Source: an uncultured Gemmatimonadales bacterium
Lineage (GTDB): Bacteria > Gemmatimonadota > Gemmatimonadetes > Gemmatimonadales > GWC2-71-9
Assembly: GCA_963798915.1 (NCBI GenBank)
Contig: CAWCVB010000011.1
Coordinates: 30,373-94,372 of the forward strand
Direction of reading: 5' to 3'
Length of the DNA stretch: 64,000 nucleotides
The notes beneath the pieces were generated by a model that was not told the origin of the DNA, searched no databases, and saw only the letters and a list, made by a program, of their open reading frames with translations. Within the stretch, counting starts at the first letter, position 1. Each line of letters begins with the position of its first letter. Shown here piece after piece: positions 53,708 to 63,633 of this stretch. The translations under genes and the position numbers were made by a program.

Positions 53708-56700
53708 ATGCGTCTTCCCGCCGTAGGCAGCTCGTTGGTCGTCAGCCTTCTCTCGTCGGTCGTCAGTCTTCTCGTCCTGCCCCGTGGCGCCATGGCGCAG
53801 GGGATGCAGCCGATGTGCGTCACGGGCTGCATTACCTACAATGTGGACGTGCCCAATGTGCCGCCGCGGACCTGGGCCCCGAACACCTCCGGGCACACCG
53901 CCAGCTTTCAGGTCTGGAACACCGGCTCATCCGCTGACGAGTACGAACTCATCTGCACTCGGACGGCGCCGGTCACGTCATGCAGCGTGTCAGTGAGTGA
54001 TATTGTGCTCGACCCGGGCGAAAAGCAGACGGTCATTGTGACCTACAGTGTCGGGAGCCCGGGGGCCGGCACCATCACGCTCACCGCCGACGGAACTGGC
54101 GACGATGATGCGGGCATGGGGAATGTGTATGTGGTCGGCCCGCCGTCGATTGCGCTGGCCGCGCCGGGCAGCGGCAGCAGCGTCACCGTGCATAACCGTC
54201 AGCCCATCGTTCGTGCTTACTTCACCCCCGGAGCAGGAGATCACGTTGATACCGCGACGACCGTGCTCACCTGGCGCGGTGACACGATTACCGCGGGGGA
54301 TGGCTTGCGGCACAATCGCGGGCTGCTCGAATGGGAAGTGGATTCGACGCATTGGCTCACCGCCGGACTCTCGGGGTATGCCCACGCCGACACCGCGGCC
54401 CTGGTGCTCAAGACCTGCGGCAATGTCGGTGGCTGTACCACGGTCACTCGCACCGTCATCCTCTCGGATGCCACCCCGATCCTCGGCTTCAGCGGGATGC
54501 CGCTGGGCAGCACCAACGGGGCTTACAGCGCACCGTTCGGGCCCGGCCTTTCCCTCATGGGGGCCGACGTCGCTACCGGTTTCTCCACGCGGAGTCGTAC
54601 CACGCTGGGTGCGGCCCGAAGTGTGGGGCTGGTCTATTCCACCCGCACGAGCTATCCCCGGGCGCTGGTGAGCGTGGATCTCGATATCCCGTGGCCCACC
54701 AGCACGCCGTCGTCCATCACCGTCCGGCTCAAGGACGGTGCCGTGGTGAAGGATACGCTCAAGGTCACCTCGCCCAATACCAGTTGCCTCACCGGCTCCA
54801 TCCGGCGCTGCCGGGTGACCCTGCAGGCGGATTACAGTGCCAGCAGCCAGACGGTGGTGCGGAAGTGGCTCACGGTGGAAGCCGTCGTGGTGACTGACCA
54901 GGCCCGCACCAGCAGCGACTCGGTGGAAGTGGTACTGGTGGACCGGCGCCAGAGTCCCTACGGCAGCGGCTGGTGGCCCGCGATGTATACCAAGCTGGTC
55001 CAGGCCGGAAGCGACCGGATCCTGGTGGGTGCGTCCGGTGCCGCCTCCATCTACCGTGGCAATGGCGATACCCTTTTTATCCCGCCACCGGGCAGCTTCA
55101 CCTCAGTGACGTACACCGGGCTTCATGAATTGCGCGCCCGAGGGAGCACCGGGTGTGAGATCTTTGACGTCAATGGCCGGATCACCTGGGTGGTGGATCC
55201 GAGCGGCAACAGCGACTACATCGCCTACGACGGCACCACCGACCGATTGCGCTGGCGCATCGATCCATCGGGACAGCGCGACTCCGTGCTCTTCGACGGG
55301 AATGGCCTGCTGACCCTCATCACCGGTCCCAACGGCCGGCGGGATAGTGTCACCATCAATGCGACCACGCACCAGCTGACCCGTCGGCGCATGACTTCGC
55401 CGTCCAGCCGGCCTGACATTGTGACCTACGCTTATCAGACGTATCCGGGCACCTACACCAACATGCTCCTGCGCCGCATGGGCACCATCGGAGATACCAC
55501 GCGGGTGGTCTATGACTCGACGTTCCGGCGCCGGCCGGTGCAGGTCGTGCTGCCGAGAGTGGTCGACGAGAACGGCGCCCAGGTCACACCGACGCTCAGC
55601 TACACCGCCTACGAACGGCAGGGCTGGGGGGCGCTGCGCTCGCTCGACAGCGTCTATGTGGAACTGAAAGATCCGCTCAACCACTGGACCCGGTCGCTGC
55701 TCAATCGCTGGGCCCAGTCGGTGAAGACCTGGGATGCGCTCGGGCTGTTGGGTCGGAGCGCGTACGACCCGGACGGTCTGGCGCTTTGGAGCGAAGGGAA
55801 GAACGGCGATTCGAGCAGGGTCTATACGGCCTATGACAAGTACCGGCGGGTGGTGAAGACGTACATCGAGCGCGGCGCCACCAGCGGGAGCAGCGTGCTG
55901 CGGCTCGATAGCCTGATCTATGACGCCAGCCACCGCGTGACGCAGCGGATCGATTCGCGAGGGCAGAGCACGTACTACACCTATGACAGTGCCGGCCGGC
56001 CCACCATGGTCCGGACCCCGAACGGCACCGGCCAGGACACCGTGCAGGACCTGGTATGGCATCAAGGGCCTGGTGGATTCCACCAAGGCCTCGGCGGTGC
56101 CGGGCGGGGCCACGCGATTTGCCTATGACACCGTCACCTGGAAGTCGTCAGGGTACTGAGCAACACCAGGGATACGCTGGCCATCAAGGGTGTATGATGC
56201 CTGGGGCCGGCAGGTGAGCAGCGTGTCACGGGCGCAGGTGGCCTTGACCGGCACGACCTCGACCTGGCAGTGGACCAAGGACACCACGACGTACGGCGTG
56301 GACAACATCATGGAGGCCATCGACCAGCATCAAGAGCCACACGAGGGGAGCCCCGCGTGGAGCCCGGTGTTCGATGCGCCCGATACCACCAACTCTATGC
56401 GGACCAGCTTCGTCTTTGATGCGGCCGGTCGGATGACCAGCCGGCTCAACAACCGGGGCAAGCAGACCAGTTACAGCTACGACCGGTTGGGGCGGGTGAC
56501 CGCACGCCGGCCCTGGGCCGACTCGACAGCCGTCAAGGACACGCTCTTCTATGACATCGCTGGGAATCTCAAGAAGGTGATCACCCGGCGCGGGTTCACC
56601 ATCACGCACTCCTACGACAGCCGGAATCGGGACACCCTCACGACCATCCCCGGCGTGGGCGACGTGAAGCACACCTATAACGGGCCGCAGGACCAGGTGA

Positions 56701-58685
56701 CGCGACTCTGGCTGGCTAATGCGGTGGACTCGATCGGCGGGGTCAACGGGGAAGTGCGCTACGGCTACGACAGCCGGGGCCGGCTCCGGGCCGATACGGC
56801 GTATACCGGCAGCACGCCGAGGGTCACCACCTATGCCTACGACACGTACGAGCGGCCGAGCAGCACCACCAACCCGCTGGGCACCTGGAGGGTCAAGTAT
56901 GAAAGCGTGCGGGGTTTGGCGGACACGCTCATCACGCCGATGGCGGATACCGTCATCGCGGTGATCGATGCCAAGGGCCAGCTTACCAGCCGGACTATTC
57001 GAAGCAACGGCGCCAAGGTGAGTTATGCGGCGGCCTACAAGATGAACCTGGGCCTCCTGGCCGACACCACGAAAATGCTGGGCGGCACGCCCTATATTGC
57101 CGGCAGCTTCAGCCGAGCGACGGCGGATACCAGCATGCTGGCGCTCTCGCCCGCCTGGACCCAGCAACCGGGGGGCGGCACCGCCCAGGTGCTGCGGGAC
57201 TCGACCACCTATGATGCCTGGGGCCGGCTCACCGTGTGGGTCGGGACCAGGGACGGCGTCTCCCAGGGGAGCGCGGGCTACAGTTTCGACGCCACCGGCA
57301 ACACCCGGCAGAGCTACGAGCAGCCGCTGGTCTTTGATGCCGCGACCGACCGGCTGGTGAGCCGGGTCACCACAGGCGGCACGCACTACTACAAGTATGA
57401 CCGGGCCGGCAACCTGGTGACCGATTCGGTGCCTGGTGTCGTGGTGGCAACATTCAATTATGACGCGCTGGACCGGCTGGTGAGCGTGGTCCGGAACGGG
57501 GTCCTGATTTCGCGCTACGGCTATGACGTGCTGGGCCGCCGGATCGTGAAGCGGGTGTACTCCAACCAGACCGGTGGGACCGTAGGCTACCTCCGGATGG
57601 TCTACCGCGGCAGCGACGTGAGCTTCGAGACTGACTCGGCGGGTACGATGGGGCTCAAGTACACGTGGGGCCCAGGCAGCGACAACCTGCTCGCCATTCA
57701 GGATGAATCCGGGAATCATTACTACGCCACGACCGACCGGCTGGGCAGCATCCGGACCCTGGCCACACGGAACGGCACCTGGCTCCTGACCCGGCGCTGG
57801 GATCCCTATGGGAACGAGATGACCCGGGACTCGAGCGCGAGCTTCACCTGGGGTGCCCGGCTCCGCTACGGCTGGACCGGGCGAGAATATGATGTGGAAC
57901 TGGGCATGTACTACCATCGGGCCCGGTACTACTCGCAGTCGCTGCGGCGGTTCATTCAGGAGGATCCCGTCGAGGGGAGTACGAGCCCCTATGCCTACGT
58001 GCATGGCTCGCCCCTGGAGGCGACCGATCCCAGCGGGATGATGGATTCGTACGAGATGATCGGCCCGGACCCGCGGGAGGCGGCCCTGACGGCAGCACGA
58101 GGGCCAACGGCCGTCATCGATGGTGTCCAATATGACGGGAACACGGGGTGGATCAACGGCATCGTCAGCGCCGGTGGGGCGACGAGGACAGCCGCAGTGA
58201 GCGCGGCCGATATTATCGCGCGCCGGACACTGAATGTAAAGGGAATATGCTCAGCTATGCAGTGTGCAACGAGCATGACGGAGCACGAGCGGTATGCGTT
58301 TGTTCGAGACATGGAGGTAGCTTGGGATAGGAGTAACGAGATTCATAGGGAGTTCGCGGGATGGATCCTGACAGATTCTGACGGCAGGTTTATGCTTGGG
58401 ACATTGTCTCCGGGTGAATGGGACTCCTCCACATTTCCTGCAACACCCGAGCATGCGTTCGCGAAGTTTCACACCCACCCGAATGTTGCTGAAGCTGTTC
58501 CTGGTAAGTCCGAAGCAATTCCCGGGGCCGCTCACTTGAGTTACGCGGGACCGAATGGTGGTGACTGGGGAAGTTGGAATAGCAATTATGGCTACGCGAT
58601 TTGGCAGCGGGACTGGTTCATTTATATCCGTCCGCAGAATCCGCCGAACAAAACGATCTACCAAGTCAAGAATCACTTGGACTAG
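53708..58685 (+). CDS. Rhs/YD-repeat polymorphic toxin (~1660 aa if joined): signal peptide, Ig-like N-terminus, Rhs core, JAB-like C-terminal domain; frameshifted at 56045-56190
   Basis: ORFs 53702-56128 and 56190-58685; many YD..GR repeats; core WTGREYD..GMYYHRARYY..RFIQEDP..PYAYV..P...TDPSG; tip REFAGWI..FHTHP. Confidence 0.88.
57245..58055 (+). repeat. 811-bp Rhs core segment, copy 1
   Basis: Ungapped match to 60669-61479 with about 43 mismatches by manual count. Confidence 0.92.
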
Positions 58686-58693
58686 GAGCCGCA

Positions 58694-59122
58694 GTGACGT
58701 ACTCCAAGCAACTGCCGTTGAGCGCCACGATTATGCTTCTATCATGCATGCCGAGCCCGGCAAAGCGCTCAACGGCGGAGCGTCGATGCCTAGGGAGGCA
58801 ACTCCCTTTAACAGAAGTCATCGCGACTCCTTCGCTTTCAAAGAATGCAGTGTGCTCACTCGCTCTTTCGGCGATGGCCTTGGCGTTGGAGCCAAACGAA
58901 CAGCGCCAAATTGTCGCCGGCTCTGGCGATACTCTCAGCAAGGTGATCGTGAGATCGGTCGACATCAATATTTCAGTGTCAGACACCATCTACGAAAGTG
59001 CGACCCGTCGCTACTATCAGGTCGCACTTGTGGTCGATCCACACCGCACAATGGAGTTCATATTCGACAGTGAACTCCGTCCCGTCCACATGGGGCCGCG
59101 CGGCTTCGTGCGACAGTGGTGA
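58694..59122 (+). CDS. Putative immunity lipoprotein 1
   Basis: GTG after AGGAG immediately downstream of the toxin; MLLSC lipobox-like; lower GC. Confidence 0.6.
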   Translation: MTYSKQLPLSATIMLLSCMPSPAKRSTAERRCLGRQLPLTEVIATPSLSKNAVCSLALSAMALALEPNEQRQIVAGSGDTLSKVIVRSVDINISVSDTIYESATRRYYQVALVVDPHRTMEFIFDSELRPVHMGPRGFVRQW

Positions 59123-59323
59123 ATTGCCCGGGTCTTCCGGAGACCCCGTTAGTTGTATTTAGCGCGAGATCAACGGACAGTCAGGCTCGGATAAGCTGAA
59201 GTGGTGCCCATCGTCCGGCTGGAGCCCGACTTAGCTCACAGAACCTGCGGCCCGCCTTCAAGTCCTGCTGTCAGCAATCGCTGCCCTGGTGCAAGCGGCC
59301 CGAAATCGGCTGTCGCCGATTAG

Positions 59324-60643
59324 CAGGATGCTGAAAAATGAGGGTGCGCGGTCGAATCGAGGGTGGGCGGCGTCAGACGCGGGTGATGCGGGCGGCGCCG
59401 TCCGATCGGTGGGCGGCGGCGCCCGGCCCGCTAGGTGCGCTCTGCGTGGTGCCTCAGGCCTCACGCCCCCGCCCCCGCGAGCAGGGTGCGCAGCCGCACG
59501 AGGTTGTAGGCGGCCGTCGTGAAGGTGAAGACCCACGCCACTTGCTCGCGACCCCGGTGATGCAGCTTGCGAAGCGGCCCCACGCTCTTCTGCCAGCCGA
59601 AACATTCCTCCGCCCGTTTGCGGCGCCGCTGGCTCACGGCGTAGCCCGGGTGGCGGGTGGTGCGACGATCCACCGTGCTGCGGTGCCGGTAGCGATGCAC
59701 ATTGGGGCTCACGTGCGGCGTCCAGCCCAGCTGGCGGACCCCGGCGATGAAGTCGGGCGTATCGTAGCCCTTGTCGGCCCCCAGCGTCCGGGGGGCCGCG
59801 CGCAGGGGCAGGCCGGTCAGCATCTCGAGCGCCGCGTCACGCTCGGCGTCGTAGCCCGGCGCCCGCACATCGGTCTGGACGATGAGCCCGTGCCGGTTCT
59901 CCATCAGCACGCTCGCCTGATAGCCGAGGATGGCCGCGCCGTGCTGGGTCTTGCGCACCAGGCGGGCGTCGGGATCGGTCACCGAGCGATGCGTCGCATT
60001 GGAGCGCCGCTCGCCCCGGAAGTTGACACTGGGATTGCCCGGATCGTCGTCGGGGGGCGGCCCTCCGGGGGCGGGGGCGTCCACCGGCCGGAAGCTCTTG
60101 TGACTGGCCCACGCGTCGAGCAGCGTGCCATCTACCGTGAAGTGGTCGGCCGAGAGCAGCTGCCGTGCTGCGCGGCCACGCCGAGCACGGCGGCGAAGAA
60201 GGCTTCGGCGATGTCGCCGGCCAGGAGCCGGTCGCGATTCTTGCTGAAGGTGGTGGGCACCCAGACCGCGTCATCCGGACTCAGGCCCACAAACCAGCGA
60301 TAGAGCAGATTGTAGTCCAACTGCTCCATCAGCTGCCGCTCACTGCGAATGGTGTAGAGCGCCTGCAGGAGCAGGGCCCGCAGCAACTGCTCCGGCGGAA
60401 TCGAGGGCCGGCCCCCGGCCGCGTAGAGCGCCTGGAAGCGCGGCGACAGGGTGACGAGCACGGGATCGACCAGCGCCCGCATGGCCCGCAGCGGATGGTC
60501 CACCGGAATCCGGTCGTCGATGGATCGATAGCTGAAGAGGATCGCCTGTCGCTCGTCGGCACCACGCATCGGCGGCTCGCTGGAGGGGATACCCAATCTA
60601 TGAACGATGGACCGCCGGCGAAACAGACTTTTTCAGCAACCTG
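59324..60643 (-). mobile_element. IS5-family insertion sequence, 1320 bp, TTAG target duplication
   Basis: IRs CAGGATGCTGAAAAA / TTTTTCAGCAACCTG (14/15); TTAG at 59320-59323 and 60644-60647. Confidence 0.92.
59461..60569 (-). CDS. IS5-family DDE transposase (frameshift near 60170)
   Basis: DHPLR, GRPSIPPEQLLRALLLQ..IRSERQL; HFTVDGTL, TDPDARL, TLGADKGYD, RKRAEECFGW; split over two frames. Confidence 0.88.
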
Positions 60644-60668
60644 TTAGACCGCGGCATACGGATACCCT

Positions 60669-62133
60669 GACCCGGGACGGCGTCTCCCAGGGGAGCGCGG
60701 GCTACAGCTTTGACGCCACCGGCAACACCCGGCAGAGCTACGAGCAGCCGCTGGTCTTTGATGCCGCGACCGACCGGCTGGTGAGCCGGGTCACCACAGG
60801 CGGCACGCACTACTACAGGTATGACCGGGCCGGCAACCTGGTCACTGACTCGGTGCCCGGTGTCGTGGTGGCACAATTCAATTATGACGCGCTGGACCGG
60901 CTGGTGAGCGTGGTCCGGAACGGGGTCCTGATTGCGCGCTACGGCTATGACGTGCTGGGCCATCGGATCGTGAAGCGGGTGTACTCCAACCAGACCGGTG
61001 GGACCATAGGCTACCTCCGGATGGTCTACACCGGCAGCAACGTGGCCTTCGAGACTGACTCGGCGGGTACGATGGGGCTCCGGTACACGTGGGGCCCAGG
61101 CAGCGACAACCTGCTCGCCATTCAGGATGAATCCGGGAATCATTACTACGCCACCAGCGACCGGCTGGGCAGCATCCGGACCCTGGCCAAGCGGGACGGC
61201 ACCTGGCTCCTGACCCGGCGCTGGGATCCCTATGGGAACGAGATGACCCGGGATTCGAGTGCGAGCTTCACGTGGGGCAGCCGGCTCCGCTATGGCTGGA
61301 CCGGCCGCGAATATGATGTGGAACTGGGCATGTACTACCATCGGGCCCGGTATTACTCGCAGTCGCTGCGGCGCTTCATTCAGGAGGATCCCGTCGAGGG
61401 GAGTACGAGCCCCTATGCCTACGTGCACGGCTCGCCGCTCGAGGCCACCGATCCCAGCGGGATGCTGGATTCGTATGAGTCGCAGGGCTTCCATGAGTAC
61501 TGCAGCATTGGCACCTGCATCAATGCCTACGGCGGGGTGACCACGAATCGGCAAAGTTACACTGTCGATGGTATGGAGATCAGCATGATAGCCGCTTCTG
61601 GCATTCCTCCGGATGCCATCGCCAGTGCTGGATACGCGCCAAGCCTCGCTGACTGGGTTTGGAACTCCCAGAGGGCTGTAGCGGGTCTCGTTCTGGATCC
61701 TAGTATAGTGAACGATGTTGCTCGCTGCTATCGCGAGTCTCCCACATGCGCTGGACTCATAAGGGAGGTACATGGATTTCCTTTTAAGACAGAAATGACA
61801 CGAGGTTCACTCTCCATGACGGGCAAAGCCGACGGAGTGACATGGACGTGGAGTTCGCCAACCCTCGACGGAAAGTGGGCGATCGAAAGTGCACGCATTA
61901 CCATCGACCCGTCCAAGTTTGCGCAGAACCCATGGGGAACAAATACTACCGTGCAGATTGTCCACGAGCTTGGACATGTCTCTTGGGATGCTTTTCTCGG
62001 CTCAATGGGATTTTATCCTAATGGCGTTTCGGAGGGGACAGCCGAGTGGTATCCCCTGCTAGTAGAGAATCAGGCACGAAAAGAGGTCCAGAATATATAC
62101 CCAAACATGAAGCCCTACCGAGATCGGTATTGA
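60669..62133 (+). CDS. Orphan Rhs cassette: partial core plus HExxH zinc-metallopeptidase-like tip
   Basis: Core duplicates 57245-58055; after DPSG a new domain with IVHELGH..ENQARKE; the in-frame ATG at 60607 lies inside the IS. Confidence 0.85.
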
Positions 62134-62148
62134 CTCACGAGCGAGGCG

Positions 62149-62814
62149 ATGTCAATGAGGTGCTTAGAGCGGGTTATGCTGATGTTGACAGTGATGGGAG
62201 GCGTCCAGGTAACCGCGGCTGGCGCGCAATCGGCAGCCTTATTGGCTCGAGCGCGCTACATAGGTGCGGTTGCCGCCTCACTGGAGGAGGTGTCGGACGG
62301 CTTGGTGCAGGGAAATCGCCTCGTGGAAATGCGTGATCGAGCGATTGATTCGTCGTATGTCGGTATGCGGGTCCTTGTCGTTTCGCCTGCAACGCACCAC
62401 TCACTGCCTTTCCGGGTTGTCCTTATTGGCGGCAAGCTCTTCCGCATGGCCGGCTTTGCGGCGCCAGAGGTGTTGCCTCTTGCGAGTGCTCTAGGACCCT
62501 TCGAAAAGCGCGGAAGCGACAGTGCCTTTGTCTCGGACGTCGCCCGTCTATTGGCTCGCGGCCCCGTCGGCGCTGTCAGGGTCGTGCCAACGGTCTCACT
62601 TCGCACGCCTCCTGGTGGGTTTACGTGTGCGGATGCCCAGAATACAGGACCTATGCAACCGGAGGAAGGCTCACCCCGCCAGTGGACTGCCGTCATTTGC
62701 GAGCACTGGCCCGCTGGCCGCGACCGAATCTCTCGCCTCGACTTTTGGTTCGAGGGTGATGGAAATCTGGGTGCTTGGGCGCATGCTAGCTGGGTGCGCC
62801 CCGGAAGCATTTGA
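62149..62814 (+). CDS. Putative immunity protein 2, exported
   Basis: 15 bp after toxin 2, GAGG RBS; signal peptide ending AGA-Q. Confidence 0.6.
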   Translation: MSMRCLERVMLMLTVMGGVQVTAAGAQSAALLARARYIGAVAASLEEVSDGLVQGNRLVEMRDRAIDSSYVGMRVLVVSPATHHSLPFRVVLIGGKLFRMAGFAAPEVLPLASALGPFEKRGSDSAFVSDVARLLARGPVGAVRVVPTVSLRTPPGGFTCADAQNTGPMQPEEGSPRQWTAVICEHWPAGRDRISRLDFWFEGDGNLGAWAHASWVRPGSI

Positions 62815-62844
62815 CGTCGTTGGCGAGTTGTTCGGCGATAGTTG

Positions 62845-62873
62845 GTGTCAAGCATCGATATCGGCGCTATAAT
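62845..62873 (+). promoter_or_regulatory. Putative internal sigma70 promoter
   Basis: GTGTCA-17 bp-TATAAT. Confidence 0.5.
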
Positions 62874-62983
62874 CGCTTGGCGTGTGCTCACGGGGAGAAC
62901 GGCGGACGGTCAGGCTTGGTAAATTGAGTGCCAAGGCCCCAGGCGTTCCGAGCATGGTGATACGCCGCTTCGGTACTCCGTAG

Positions 62984-63487
62984 CGCCATCATCGCATCAG
63001 TGCGCTGAACGGCGCTTGTGACGAATGGTTGGCGGCGCACGGAGAATCGCGGCCACTTACGGACAACGAGGCCAACGCGGCCAGGTCGGAGTTCCCAACA
63101 CTGGACGTCAATGCGGCAAGGGTGACCTACGACATGCCGGGGAATTCAGCCTACACACCGCGCAACACCATGCACTTTCCCAAGTATACGAGCGCGTGCC
63201 AGGACTTCATTAAATGCAACGGCGGTCGCTATTCAGGTTGGTTTATTCACGAGGCCACCCATGTGTGGCAATATCAGAACGGAAGGAGCCCATTCTAGGG
63301 GCATATCTTCAGCTCGGCCATCTTTAGCACGGGGCCGCACTATCTTACGTTTCCTGAATATCTGAATACGGCGACAACCAATGGACTGAATACTGAGCAG
63401 GAAGCTGATTGGCATGAGTGGCACTATTTGTGTGGCACTGGCGCTCAAAGTGGTTGCAGCACCGGAGGAGCTGGAGGCGTATTCTAG
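62984..63487 (+). pseudogene. Orphan toxin tip 3: HExxH metallopeptidase-like, interrupted by in-frame TAG at 63296
   Basis: RPLTDNE..AR..F, AYTP.N, FIHEATHVWQYQNG; the frame continues after TAG through LNTEQEA to TAG at 63485. Confidence 0.7.
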
Positions 63488-63633
63488 GCCGGCGCCTGAC
63501 ATGAGCGGCGCCCGACGTTCCGGGCGCCGCGCCCGCTGATCCTAGTTGACGCTTTTACCGGATCGTCACTCGCTCTCTGTGACTCGGACGAGGATCATAA
63601 GCGGCCTATTTTGACAACTGGCGCGAGCCATGC

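Noticed and set aside
59123..59320. Integron attC or dif-like site between toxin cassettes
   Set aside because: A GTTAG is present, but I found no matching RYYYAAC inverse core, dif consensus or integrase.
57245..61479. Diversity-generating retroelement TR/VR pair
   Set aside because: Mismatches involve all four bases and many are synonymous, not adenine-specific; no reverse transcriptase is in the window.
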